A stretch of DNA of 63,959 nt, filler included, from Octopus bimaculoides (lineage: Eukaryota): NCBI RefSeq assembly GCF_001194135.2. It is 4 parts of 4 records of this genome, joined end to end, with 100 filler letters (N's around TTAATTAATTAA, not from the genome) between each part and the next. Parts side by side here need not be neighbours in the genome. Positions count along the whole stretch, not along the records: positions 29,885 to 52,041 come from NC_068982.1; positions 52,142 to 60,111 come from NC_068984.1; positions 60,212 to 63,959 come from NW_026299324.1; 1 more part is not named here. The stretch is one strand, 5' to 3'. Shown here piece by piece: positions 51,449 through 63,959 of the stretch. Made by a program: the position numbers and the translations under genes. The first letter of the stretch is position 1; each line of letters opens with the position of its first letter. The notes below the pieces were generated by a model, which saw nothing but the letters and a program-made list of their open reading frames with translations, was not told the origin of the DNA and searched no databases.

Positions 51449-51601
51449 GCCGAAATCAACAGAAAATTCGTTAAAGTTAAAACTACCACCTCTCTATCTA
51501 TAAATGAAACTATAAATGATTTCAAATATATAGTTTTCAACCAAACAGAAGAAAAGTATTTGAGTTTTCTATACTTTCGGTAAGTTTCTATCGATTTCGG
51601 C
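51449..51601. mobile_element. Small MITE-like element with approximately 30-bp imperfect TIRs
   Basis: GCCGAAATCAACAGAAAATTCG...CGGTAAGTTTCTATCGATTTCGGC; no TSD recognised. Confidence 0.4.
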
Positions 51602-51913
51602 GGTTTAAGAAATTGCAGCACTGCCGACGTAAAAAAAACCCTGCAATGCTTCCATATTGTCATGTTTATTACCTGTTGATAAGAGCAAGATTTGTGAATA
51701 TAATTTTATAAATACACTCCCACTATAAACGTGGGCTCATGTCCAATGAAAATATTTATAGAATAAATGTTTTTTATCTTAATACATGTGCCTTCATATA
51801 TTTTCCAAAATGACTATTTCTATATTGTAGCTCAAAAATTTCAATTTTCTTTTTTCACAGTACATTCGCTAACCCGATCGACAAAGAAATATTTACCCAA
51901 TCTATTATTATAC

Positions 51914-51987
<74 letters not shown>

Positions 51988-52870
51988 GTTGAATACATGT
52001 CATTGATTGGTTGAAATTAACGAAATAAGACAACTTTAACANNNNNNNNNNNNNNNNNNNNNNNNNNNNNNNNNNNNNNNNNNNNTTAATTAATTAANNN
52101 NNNNNNNNNNNNNNNNNNNNNNNNNNNNNNNNNNNNNNNNNGATCGAACTCCCCCTTTTTCCCTTCCTACGATCCCTTTTGATCGACACCACCACTTTTT
52201 TTTTTTTTTTCCCCTCCCAAAAAGAAAAGCTCTACATTGTATTTGTCCCATCTTCGTTGAGCCCTGTGTGACTAATAAAAGAAATGTATCTATCTACCTA
52301 TCTTTCTACCTATCTCTCTGTCTATCTATCTATCTGCCTACCTCTTGTTTCTCGCTTCGTTTAACCTGCCCCTTCTCTTTTACTTTGTCTCCCTTTTTTT
52401 CTCAATATCCCTTTAATTACCTTAATCTTTCTTTTTCTTCCCTTAAATCCTTTAATCTGTTCCATCTCCCTTTAATATCCCTTCTATCACTTCTCACAGC
52501 CCTTTTAACCACTTTGATCTCTCCCCCCTCTCTCCCCCTTTTTCTCTCTCTCTCTCCCTCTTTCTCTGGATTCCTTTAATCATCCAAATCTCTCTGTCTT
52601 TCTCTCTCCTTTTTTTGTCTCACTCTCTCACTCTCTATCTTTAATCATTTTTGCTGGTCTCTTTAATCATCCTTAATTTCATTTCCTTTCTTTCTCCCTT
52701 GCTCTTGTTGTTTCTGTCTTTCTCTCTCTTTTTCCTCTATTCCTTTAATCTAGTTAATCAATTCTGTTGATTTCTTTAATTACCCCTCCTTCTCCCATTA
52801 TTGTCTTGCCAATCACTCCGTCCATTTATTTATCTATTTTTTACTTCTTAATCATATTCACTTTACTCAC

Positions 52871-52912
<42 letters not shown>

Positions 52913-53642
52913 ACACACACATACACACACTTTCACTTGGTCTCTCTCTCTCTTTCACTCTCTTTCTCTCTCTCTCTTTCACTCTCTTTCTCTCTCTCTC
53001 TCTCACTCATTTTCCCTCTCTCTCTCACNNNNNNNNNNNNNNNNNNNNNNNNNNNNNNNNNNNNNNNNNNNNNNNNNNNNNNNNNNNNNNNNNNNNNNNN
53101 NNNNNNNNNNNNNNNNNNNNNNNNNNNNNNNNNNNNNNNNNNNNNNNNNNNNNNNNNNNNNNNNNNNNNNNNNNNNNNNNNNNNNNNNNNNNNNNNNNNN
53201 NNNNNNNNNNNNNNNNNNNNNNNNNNNNNNNNNNNNNNNNNNNNNNNNNNNNNNNNNNNNNNNNNNNNNNNNNNNNNNNNNNNNNNNNNNNNNNNNNNNN
53301 NNNNNNNNNNNNNNNNNNNNNNNNNNNNNNNNNNNNNNNNNNNNNNNNNNNNNNNNNNNNNNNNNNNNNNNNNNNNNNNNNNNNNNNNNNNNNNNNNNNN
53401 NNNNNNNNNNNNNNNNNNNNNNNNNNNNNNNNNNNNNNNNNNNNNNNNNNNNNNNNNNNNNNNNNNNNNNNNNNNNNNNNNNNNNNNNNNNNNNNNNNNN
53501 NNNNNNNNNNNNNNNNNNNNNNNNNNNNNNNNNNNNNNNNNNNNNNNNNNNNNNNNNNNNNNNNNNNNNNNNNNNNNNNNNNNNNNNNNNNNNNNNNNNN
53601 NNNNNNNNNNNNNNNNNNNNNNNNNNNNNNNNNNNNNNNNNN

Positions 53643-53860
53643 TTTCTTTACTACCCACAAAGGGCTACACACAGAGGGGACAAACAAGGACAGACAAACA
53701 CGGATTAAGTCAATTATATCGACCCCAGTGCGTAACTGGTACTTATTTAATCGACCCCGAAAAGATGAAAGGCAAAGTCGACCTCGGCGGAATTTGAACT
53801 CAGAACGTAGCGGCAGACGAAATACGGCTAAACATTTCGCCTGGTGTGCTAACGTTTCTG
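53643..53860 (-). mobile_element. Family C SINE, young-looking copy
   Basis: Reverse complement reads ...GTTCTGAGTTCAAATTCCGCCGAGGTCGACTTTGCCTTTCATCTTTTCGGGGTCGATTAAATAAGTACCAG...GTAGTAAAGAAA. Confidence 0.88.
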
Positions 53861-53866
53861 TGTACA

Positions 53867-53913
<47 letters not shown>

Positions 53914-54452
53914 GTCATTATTATCTGTAGGTATGTGTGTACATGTCTGTAACTGCAAGCAAGTGCCTGTGTGTGTGTGTATGCACATGTGAGTGCATGT
54001 ATTTATGATTTGCTTCACCTGTCGATTAATTTTGATGTTGTGTGCGTTCCATTTTCAAAACTTAACTTCCTTTATTGCTGATAATGAGATCAGAACTGCA
54101 ATCAAGTTGTGAAATGGTAGAATAATCTAGCAAACGAGAAGAGGAGAGGGGGCAAAAAAGGAGAGAATAAAAGTTCATAGAGTTGGAGAAGAGAGATGAG
54201 AAGAGGAAAGACAGAGATAGAGAAGAAGAACAAGAAAGTGGAAGGAGAGAAATACTATAAAGTAGAGTGGATTAGAGAGAGAGAGAGAGAGAGGGAGAGA
54301 GAGGGGTGGAGAGAAAAAGACAGAGAGAGAGAGGGGAGTAGTGAGTGTTGAGCAATGGTAAGGATGAGTGAGATTGTGTAAGATTTAGTCATAGGAAAGA
54401 GACAGACTGAGAAAGATGTCCATAGTGTAAAGGAAAGGAAGAAGAAATATAG

Positions 54453-54680
54453 AAATGTGTAGGGATTGGAAGAAAAATGAAAGAGAGTCAAGGAAGGCCA
54501 TAATTAAAAGATATTGAGGGGTATAATGATGTATAGAGAAAAGAGTTTGGAAAGAAAGAAAAATGGTGAGGCTGGAAGAAGAACTGTGAATGATGAAGGA
54601 ATTAGAAATAGAAATGAAATTAAACAAGAGCGAACAGATGGGTAGAATTGATGTTAGAGCATCAAACAAAATATTTACAG
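54453..54680 (+). repeat. Left copy of an approximately 225-bp direct duplication flanking a SINE (right copy 55082-55304)
   Basis: Both copies run AAATGTGTAGGGATTGG...CAAAATATTTACAG with about 11 differences. Confidence 0.92.
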
Positions 54681-55081
54681 GCACAGGAATGGCTGTGTGG
54701 TAAGTAGCTTGCTTACCAGCCACATGGTCCTGGGTTCAGTCCCACTGCGTGGCACCTGGGCAAGTGTCTTCTACTATAGCCTCAGGCTGACCAAAGACTT
54801 GTGAGTGGATTTGGTAGACAGAAACTGAAAGAAGCCTGTCGTATATATGTATATATATGTGTATGTATATGTTTGTGTGTCTGTGTTTGTCCGCCAACAT
54901 CGTTTGACAACCGATGTTGGTGTGATTACGTCCCTGTAACTTAGCAGTTCGGCAAAAGAGACCGATAGAATAAGTACTAGGCTTCCAAAGAATAAGTCCT
55001 GGGGTCGATTTGCTCGACTAAAGGCGGTGCTCCAGCATGGCCACAGTCAAATGACTGAAACAAGTAAAAGAGTAAAAGAGT
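54681..55081 (+). mobile_element. Family A tRNA-derived CORE-like SINE, full length
   Basis: A box TGGCTGTGTGG, B box GGTTCAGTCCC, CORE-like CCTGGGCAAGTG, tail (GTAAAAGA)n. Resembles octopus OR-type SINEs (from recall, unverified). Confidence 0.92.
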
Positions 55082-55482
55082 AAATGTGTAGGGATTGGAA
55101 GAAAAATGAAAGAGAGTCAAGGAAGGCCATAATTAAAATATTTGAGGGGTATAATGATGTATAGAGAAAAGAGTTTGGAAAGAAAAATGGTGAGGCTGGA
55201 AGAAGAACTGTAAATGATGAAGGAATTGGAAATAGAGATGAGATGAAGCAAGAGTGAACAGATGGGTGGAATTGATGTTAGAGCATCAAACAAAATATTT
55301 ACAGTGTATACCTTCTGAGTGAGTTCAAATTCCACTGAGGTCAAGCTTATGTTATGCGTTTCCAGGATTGACCAAATAAAGGATTGGTTAAATGCTGGGC
55401 TTCTTAATGTTCATATAAGGCATCAAATGTCTGGATAAGGCTTATAAATAGATGGGAATTGTAAAACATTCTGGCCATACTC

Positions 55483-55588
55483 TTTTACTTGCTTCAGTCA
55501 TTTGACTGCGGCCATGCTGGAGTACCGCCTTTAGTCGAGAAAATCGACCCCAGGACTTATTCTTTGGAAGCCTAGCACTTATTCTATC
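55483..55588 (-). mobile_element. Family A SINE 3' end
   Basis: Reverse complement of the tail. Confidence 0.85.
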
Positions 55589-56199
55589 AGAGGCCCTTAA
55601 AATATTATTGTGTATCCCCAATTTATTATTTTGTTGCATGGACCCCCCCATATTGACCCTGGTTGAGAATCACTGAGGTAAACAAACAGACAGATAGATA
55701 TACTAACAACCAGATAGACATACTGAAAAATACAGTCAGGTGAAGTGAGAAACTAACGCAACTGTTCTTTCGAGTATAGCTACTTTAAAATGATTTTAGC
55801 ACTTCTTCTACGAGGCTGTTCTTCACTGAGGAATGTTTGTGTTTGGATCTTGTACTTATTGAAAGAATTAAAATAATATTAGTCAATGATTAACAAATTC
55901 ATGGATATTTTTTCCCACCATGCTCTATGTCTTCGAGTGAACTTTTTCTCATAAACTCCGTATTAAATATGTTGATGCTGGACTAACTTAACAATAGACA
56001 GTTATGTATGTAGATAGGTATGTCTGTGTATGTGTGTGTGTGTGTGTGTGTATGTGCGAGAGTGTGTGCATATGTGTGTGTGTGCATGTGTGCGAGTATG
56101 TGTATGTGTGTGTGAGTGTGTTTGTATGAAAATGTTTAGATTAGATAGATGGATGGATAGACGGATAGACAGACAGATCACAAAATCAATGACAAGTAA

Positions 56200-56452
56200 T
56201 CGAGACCTTTGACGATTTGCTATGCTTGAGAAGACACGTCCAGCCAAGTGAAATCATAGTCGTAGCCAGTACTGGTGACATGTAAAAGGTATTCGCAACA
56301 CTCTTGGAATGGTTGACATTAAGGGCATCTAGCTGGAGAAACCATGCCAAACCAGATTGGAACCAGGTACAGCTCTCCAACTTACCAGTTCCAGTCAAAC
56401 TGTCTAACCCATGCCAGCATGAAAAGTGGATGCTAAACTACGATGACGATGA
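56200..56452 (+). mobile_element. Family B-related element in sense orientation
   Basis: ...AAGGGCATCTAGCTGGAGAAACC...AACCCATGCCAGCATGAAAAGTGGATGCTAAACTACGATGACGATGA. Confidence 0.75.
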
Positions 56453-56512
56453 AGATAGATACATAGAGAGGGACATAGATAGATAGATAGATAGATAGAC
56501 AGGCAGACAAAC

Positions 56513-56570
<58 letters not shown>

Positions 56571-56899
56571 ATAGATAAATAGATAGCAAGGCAGATACAT
56601 TTATTTTGAAATTCACCTTAAATCATTTATTGAGCACTTTTATGTAGAATGGTTCATTTTTAGATGAACTAAGATGTGTTTGGAAATCATGTGCTTCTAT
56701 AATGAAAACAAGTGTGTGTGTGTGTGTGTGTATATATATCTGCCTGTCTGTCTGTCTGCCTCTCGCATTCTCTCTTTCTTTTGCTCTCTCTCTCTCTCTC
56801 TCTCTCTATCAATCTCTCTCTCTCTCAATCTCTCTCTCTCTCTATCAATCTCTCTCTCCCTTTCCATCTCTATCTCTTTCTCTCTGGGAGAGAGATGAT

Positions 56900-57184
56900 T
56901 AGACCAAAAGACAGAAAAGGAATGTTGAGAGAAGAGTTGAGTGAATAAAGAAATTGCAATGGAATGACAAAGTAAATTTTTGTAAAAAAAGAAAGCAAAA
57001 AAAAACAACAACAAAACAAAAGAAAAACAAACAAAAGAAAGAATCAAAAAGGAAAGCAAAAGAGTTTAAAGTAAAATCGTTAACGAAGTTAAAATACAAT
57101 TCTGTGTCTTTGATTAGACTTGACATTAATGAGATATAGAGAAAAGAGAAAAATAAAGCAGATATGAGTGAGTGAGCAAGAGAG

Positions 57185-57233
<49 letters not shown>

Positions 57234-57616
57234 AATGAGAAAATAGTGATAGGGTGAGAGAATAGTAAACGAGGTCAAGAAAGAAAAAGAGTGGAACATA
57301 GAGAGAATGGATGGGGGAAAGAAGAGTGCTAAGGAATAAACATGAGAAAGAGTGAGAGAGAGAGGTAGAGAAAGAATGTGGAACTAGTTAGTAGGGGGAA
57401 GGTGTGGGAATGTGTGAGTACTAAAAAGGAACAGACAACAAAAGATAAACTTAAAGAGAAAGAGAGAGAGAGATGGGGAGAGAGAGAGGAAGAGAGAGAG
57501 AGAAAGAGAAAAAGAGAAGAGAGAGAGAAAGAGAAAAAGAGAAGAGAGAGAAAAAGTGGAACAAGTATGAGGACAGTGTGAGTAAAAAAAGGACAGTGGA
57601 CAAAAGCCAAATTCAA

Positions 57617-57658
<42 letters not shown>

Positions 57659-58080
57659 GAGAGGAGAGAGAGGGGGAGCGGGAGGGAGGAGAAAGTGGGG
57701 TGGAAAGAGAAAATGGACTAAATCAGTATAGGAATAGTATGACAGCCGACAAAAGAGAAAGACAAAAAGAAATGAAGAGTAAGAGACAGAGAGAGAAAGA
57801 GAGAGAGAGAGAGATGGAAGGAGGGAGGGAAAAGAGAAAAAAGAGTTATGGCTTAATTAGAGAGAGGGGAAAATTATAGTTATAAGAGGTATAAAGAGAG
57901 AGAGGGGGGAGAAACAAGAAGTCAAGGATGGGAGAGTTGTGTAGAAGAATTAGACTGAAAAAGACAATAAGAGAAGAACGAGAATAAAAGAGACACACAC
58001 ACACATACACACACATACTGTGACAGAGAAAGAGAGAGATGACAGATAAAGAAGTAAAAAGGTATGGTAACCACAAAGAA
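56900..58080. repeat. Polypurine (GA/GAA-rich) low-complexity tract; complementary polypyrimidine tract at 52142-53028
   Basis: Directly visible. Confidence 0.9.
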
Positions 58081-58600
58081 AAGGAATTAAAAAGAAAACA
58101 AAGAAATAAAAGAAAACCCTACCACATTTCCAAAAACAGTAACTAAACCAACAAAGAAAAACCTATAAAAATAGCAACAAAAAATACATAAGATTATAAA
58201 TATTATACAAAAATTACAATAAAATATAGCAGAGAACCAAAATATTTTGATTTTTCCAGAATATCGTCTGCTTTTTAAGTACTGTTTTCTTTCTTTTTAA
58301 AGTTGTATATTTTTGTATGGTTTTTTGAAAGAAGTGGGAAAAATATTGCAATGCTGAGTCTTTGGAATAAGCAGCTGTTTTAATTCCATTTTGATTAACA
58401 AAGAAAGCTACACAGATGAATTGCATACGGAATCATTAAAAAAGAAAGAAATTGATGTGGTTTTGAATACAACAACATTTAGATTGCTCACTTCTATGTC
58501 ATAATTTCTTCCTTCTTCCTCTTTTTACTTACTTGTCTTACACTCTTTCTCTCTCTCTCTCTCTACCCCTCTCGTTCTCTTTTTATGTGTCTATGTTTAG

Positions 58601-58680
58601 ATAGAAGAAGAGAGGAAAAACTTGTTACATTGTCAAAGGATTTGAGCAATGTGCCTGCTATAAATTATGAAGCCCTGTGA
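58601..58680 (+). CDS. Candidate terminal exon of an unidentified gene
   Basis: A long polypyrimidine tract ending TTTAG, then phase-1 (D)RRREEKLVTLSKDLSNVPAINYEAL*. No homologue recognised. Confidence 0.2.
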
Positions 58681-58809
58681 AACTTTAGACCAAAATGACA
58701 TCATTTACTTTAACAATCCCAGTTAGAGGACAAACAAAGTAGCTAAGACTAAACACCAACTGACAAATAAATAGGATTGTCGGTCCAGACAGTATCAAGG
58801 TATGGTATT

Positions 58810-58861
<52 letters not shown>

Positions 58862-59292
58862 ATAAAAAATGAGTATATGCATATATACGCATATGTATGT
58901 ACATACTTACATCTACCTGTATATATNNNNNNNNNNNNNNNNNNNNNNNNNNNNNNNNNNNNNNNNNNNNNNNNNNNNNNNNNNNNNNNNNNNNNNNNNN
59001 NNNNNNNNNNNNNNNNNNNNNNNNNNNNNNNNNNNNNNNNNNNNNNNNNNNNNNNNNNNNNNNNNNNNNNNNNNNNNNNNNNNNNNNNNNNNNNNNNNNN
59101 NNNNNNNNNNNNNNNNNNNNNNNNNNNNNNNNNNNNNNNNNNNNNNNNNNNNNNNNNNNNNNNNNNNNNNNNNNNNNNNNNNNNNNNNNNNNNNNNNNNN
59201 NNNNNNNNNCGGACAAAACAAAACAGGAAAACGAAACAGAGAGAACAAACAAGAAGGCTATATGGCCAGACGTGAAAAAAAAATATATATAA

Positions 59293-59343
<51 letters not shown>

Positions 59344-59505
59344 TAAAAGAAACAAGTTAAAAATAATGGTCATTACATATGATTCCTTTATTTGAGTAAA
59401 TTTGGCTTACAGCTGTTTCCAGTAATTACTATAGGTACATTACTAAGTTTATTCAATTGGTCTATTGCTCAACTGAGGCAAATTGAATGACCTTAGAAAA
59501 TTAAT

Positions 59506-59906
59506 GCAGGAGTGGCTGTGTGGTAAGTAGCTTGCTTACCAACCACATGGTTCTGGGTTCATTCCCACTGCATGGCATCTTGGGCAAGTGTCTTCTACTA
59601 TAGCCTCAGGCCGACCAAAGCCTTGTGAGTGGATTTGGTAGAGGGAAACTGAAAGAAGCCTGTCGTATATATGTATATATATATGTGTGTGTGCGTCTGT
59701 GTTTGTCCCCCCCCAGCATCGCTTGACAACCGATGCTTGTGTGTTTATGTCTCCGTAACTTAGCGGTTCGGCAAAAGAGACCGATAGAATAAGCACTAGG
59801 CATCCAAAGAATAAGTCCTGGGGTCGATTTGCTCGACTAAAGGCGGTTCTCCAGCATGGCCACAGTCAAATGACTGAAACAAGTAAAAGAGTAAAAGAGT
59901 AAAGAG
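59506..59906 (+). mobile_element. Family A SINE, full length
   Basis: Close match to 54681-55081. Confidence 0.92.
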
Positions 59907-59920
59907 TATATATATATATA

Positions 59921-60111
59921 TCATCATCATCATCATCATCGTTTAACGTCCGCTTTCCATGCTAGCATGGGTTGGACGATTTGACTGAGGACTGGTGAAA
60001 CCGGATGGCAACACCAGGCTCCAGTCTGATTTGGCAGAGTTTCTACAGCTGGATGCCCTTCCTAACGCCAACCACTCAGAGAGTGTAGTGGGTGCTTTTA
60101 CGTGTCACCCG
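59921..60111 (-). mobile_element. Family B element 3' end, tail-to-tail with the preceding SINE
   Basis: (TCA)n GTTTAACGTCCGCTTTCCATGCTAGCATGGG... Confidence 0.88.
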
Positions 60112-61055
60112 NNNNNNNNNNNNNNNNNNNNNNNNNNNNNNNNNNNNNNNNNNNNTTAATTAATTAANNNNNNNNNNNNNNNNNNNNNNNNNNNNNNNNN
60201 NNNNNNNNNNNTATATACATACATTCATTCATACACACATACACACATACACCGACACTCACATACTTATATATATTCTTCAGAATCTCCATAGTCCTGA
60301 CATAGAATTCTCTTTTATTTCTTGCTGTTTTTGTTATTGTTGATGTTGTTTACCATACATCGTAATTTATATTTTGCACCCGTTTCTCATATTGTTGTTG
60401 TCGCTGTTATTGTTGTTGCCACTGTTAACATCATCATCGTTATTGTTGTTATCTGTTGTTTTGTGTTGTTTTGTATTGGTTTGTGTTACTGTTGTAGTTG
60501 TTGTTGTTTTTATGTTCTGGCTATTTTCTTTATCATTTTCAGCTTTATCTTAATTCAAATATGGCACGATTCAAATATTGCGACGTTATTCCTATTGTTA
60601 CTGTTGCTATCGCTGCAGCCTCCGCTGCTCTCCCTCTTTTTACTGTTATAGTTGTTATTATCATCTCTATTGTTGTTGTGGTTCTTCTTCGTCTTCCCCT
60701 TCTTTCTTCTTCTTCGTCTTCTTCTCATGTTTCTTCTTCATTTTGTCGTTATTCGTGATGCTGATGGTGATGTCTTGACTCTGTTCAACACACTTTAATG
60801 TCGGACATTGTGCATTGTCTTCCTTTCTTTATATTCTTTTTTGTTTCTTTGTTTTTTTTAATTTTTCAAAGCATTGCTTTTTGTTTTTTTTTTACTTGTT
60901 GCTGCACCTATTGTTGTTGATTATGTATTTGTTGCTATTTTTTATCATTTAATATTGAAGGTAATTCATACATTGACCTTGCATAACATATTACAATTTT
61001 CCCAGTTTACGCACACATACACACACACACAGATATAAATATTTGCGTGTTTTGA

Positions 61056-61096
<41 letters not shown>

Positions 61097-61142
61097 CTAC
61101 CAAGTATAAGCCATTCGNNNNNNNNNNNNNNNNNNNNNNNNN

Positions 61143-61179
<37 letters not shown>

Positions 61180-61601
61180 CTACCAAGTATAAGCCATTCG
61201 TTTTGTTATCTAATAATATATCTAATAATATATCTATATCCATATAGCATAATCATTATTCCAATACATTCTGCTTTAGTTAGCAGAGATATTTTTAGTT
61301 TTGTTGACAAAAATTCTCCTCTAACCTCTGGAACGCTTTTTAGGTCATTTGCAGAATATTGGACGGCACATTTATGGAAATTGATAATGCTTGTAAGTCT
61401 TAGCTTCAATAACCTTCAACCGCTTCGGCAGCAAATTCTTTATCGTTCGAAGTTCACTAACTACTAGAAGAAGCATTGATGTATTAGTCTTCCGACTCAG
61501 ATTAATTCTCTGACTCGTTCCTCTTTTTTCTCACGTTACAGAATATCTTCTTTATCCACTCCGTTATCATATGATATTACAAAGTCTCTAATCACATATT
61601 A

Positions 61602-61998
61602 CTCTATTTTACTTGTTTCAGTCATATGACTGCGGCCATGCTGAAGCACCGCCTTTAGTTGAGCAAATCGACCCCAGGACTTATTATTTGTAAGCCTAGT
61701 ACTTATTCTATCGGTCTCTTTTGCCTAACCGCTAAGTTACGGGGACGTAAACACACCAGCATCTGTCGTCAAGCGATGATGGGGGGGACAAACACAGACA
61801 CACAAACACATATATATACATATATATATACATATATACGACGGGCTTCTTTCAGTTTCCGTCTATCATATCCACTCACAAGGCTTTAGTCGGCCCGAAG
61901 CTATAGTAGAAGACACTTGCCCAAGATGCCACGCAGTGCGAATGAACCCGGAACTATGTGGTTCGTAAGCAAGCTACTTACCACACAGTCACTCCTGC
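61602..61998 (-). mobile_element. Family A SINE, full length
   Basis: Reverse complement of 54681-55081, with many CpGs retained. Confidence 0.92.
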
Positions 61999-62392
61999 TT
62001 ATTTTTTTTCTATCATCATATACGGTCTTGTTTCAGTAGTAAGCTGAAGCCTTGTGGAAAAGTCACATAAGATCCTGTCATTCTCAATTTCCATTAACGC
62101 TTCTGGTTCGTGTTCATACTTCGTTTCTCTTATATATTTAATCCCACACTAGGCATAAACCCCAATGCACTTTCTCATCTACACAGTCTTCCCTGCGCTT
62201 ATACTCTTTTTGCGCTATTATACTGCATTCACACAAGATATGATTGATAAATTCCATTCCATTGCTGCAGGATCTCTGAATTCGTTTTGCCTTTACAAAA
62301 TTTGTTCCAATAGCTTATTTCCGAGCGGCTATAATTTACTTTTCGGTAACGCATTTTAGGTTACCGTTTACCAGCTAGAACAGGTTTTGCGT

Positions 62393-62394
62393 AC

Positions 62395-62427
<33 letters not shown>

Positions 62428-62434
62428 AAAAATT

Positions 62435-62490
<56 letters not shown>

Positions 62491-62552
62491 TAATATTATC
62501 ATTATTATTGTTGCTGTTGTTGTCGTTATTCGAATTGTTGTTGTTGTTGTCA
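62393..62552. repeat. (TAT)n/(TCA)n/(GTT)n compound microsatellite
   Basis: Directly visible. Confidence 0.92.
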
Positions 62553-63562
62553 TTGATGCTGAAGTGATGTTAGGGAATACTGAAGGTGGCATTTACCGAC
62601 ATGTTGGCGTGAGTGGCGACCGTAATGGTGGTGATAACAGTGGTAGAAGTGAGAGCACTATGACGGAATTGCCGAGTATGCAGGGGTTGGTGTGATGTGG
62701 AGATNNNNNNNNNNNNNNNNNNNNNNNNNNNNNNNNNNNNNNNNNNNNNNNNNNNNNNNNNNNNNNNNNNNNNNNNNNNNNNNNNNNNNNNNNNNNNNNN
62801 NNNNNNNNNNNNNNNNNNNNNNNNNNNNNNNNNNNNNNNNNNNNNNNNNNNNNNNNNNNNNNNNNNNNNNNNNNNNNNNNNNNNNNNNNNNNNNNNNNNN
62901 NNNNNNNNNNNNNNNNNNNNNNNNNNNNNNNNNNNNNNNNNNNNNNNNNNNNNNNNNNNNNNNNNNNNNNNNNNNNNNNNNNNNNNNNNNNNNNNNNNNN
63001 NNNNNNNNNNNNNNNNNNNNNNNNNNNNNNNNNNNNNNNNNNNNNNNNNNNNNNNNNNNNNNNNNNNNNNNNNNNNNNNNNNNNNNNNNNNNNNNNNNNN
63101 NNNNNNNNNNNNNNNNNNNNNNNNNNNNNNNNNNNNNNNNNNNNNNNNNNNNNNNNNNNNNNNNNNNNNNNNNNNNNNNNNNNNNNNNNNNNNNNNNNNN
63201 NNNNNNNNNNNNNNNNNNNNNNNNNNNNNNNNNNNNNNNNNNNNNNNNNNNNNNNNNNNNNNNNNNNNNNNNNNNNNNNNNNNNNNNNNNNNNNNNNNNN
63301 NNNNNNNNNNNNNNNNNNNNNNNNNNNNNNNNNNNNNNNNNNNNNNNNNNNNNNNNNNNNNNNNNNNNNNNNNNNNNNNNNNNNNNNNNNNNNNNNNNNN
63401 NNNNNNNNNNNNNNNNNNNNNNNNNNNNNNNNNNNNNNNNNNNNNNNNNNNNNNNNNNNNNNNNNNNNNNNNNNNNNNNNNNNNNNNNNNNNNNNNNNNN
63501 NNNNNNNNNNNNNNNNNNNNNNNNNNNNNNNNNNNNNNNNNNNNNNNNNNNNNNNNNNNNNN

Positions 63563-63612
<50 letters not shown>

Positions 63613-63959
63613 TTATGAATATATCGCACGTGTCTCTGTGTGTGTGCATAGGGTTGTGAGTGAAACGGAAATATGCTTATATAAGCTTGGCGTACACTTT
63701 TTTATTCTTAGCAGCATTGATTAAATGAATCTGCGTATAAAAGACCGCACATAAGTATATACACATTGCCATACAAAACCATACGCGCACAAATACATTC
63801 CACACAGATATACACTCATATATTCAGATATATACTCACACAAAGTTTTACATATATGTAAATCTACATACACACATATATAAATACATACATATATACA
63901 TACATATATAAATACATAGATATATATATATATATGCATATATATATATACATACATAT

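Noticed and set aside
54685-54760. tRNA-like A and B boxes
   Set aside because: SINE heads; no cloverleaf, so not tRNA genes.
61070-61200. Identical AAGCTACCAAGTATAAGCCATTCG on both sides of a short gap
   Set aside because: An unmerged contig overlap at a (TA)n run.
61206-61590. Stop-riddled coding-looking minus-strand sequence
   Set aside because: No family recognised; may be a very old transposon ORF.
62553-62700. GC-rich ORF end with a GTGAGT donor
   Set aside because: Continuous with decaying GGT/GAT repeats and runs into a gap.

Overview
The window is AT-rich, intron-like or intergenic animal DNA, dense in microsatellites and broken by many N gaps. The SINE and MITE families and the repeat style suggest an octopod cephalopod (Octopus-like); this is an inference, not a database result. 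No protein-coding gene could be assembled with confidence. The supplied ORFs are almost all microsatellite or gap artefacts. Well-supported contents: three or four tRNA- or LINE-related SINE families in many copies, a decayed mariner transposase, the endonuclease end of an R4/Dong-like non-LTR element next to an (AAT)n tract, and several MITEs (Tc1-type, piggyBac-type, Mutator-type, fold-back). The most interesting signal is at the RNA level: three clear and one weaker type I hammerhead ribozyme motifs in unrelated sequence contexts (966-1010, 10081-10202, 34435-34479, minus strand 36827-36878). The three clear ones have a palindromic or near-palindromic minimal stem III, the dimer-type architecture of Penelope-like elements and retrozymes. 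The motif at 34435 carries a compensatory U3-A8 core pair and sits inside an approximately 326-bp direct-repeat unit that looks like a retrozyme (circular-RNA) monomer. Other notable points are a SINE flanked by an approximately 225-bp target-site-like duplication, a CpG-poor to CpG-rich transition near 29.8 kb, and a few low-confidence exon candidates including a B-box-like Cys/His motif. Three 100-bp N-TTAATTAATTAA-N placeholders mark scaffold joins, so continuity across 29.8, 52.1 and 60.1 kb is not guaranteed.
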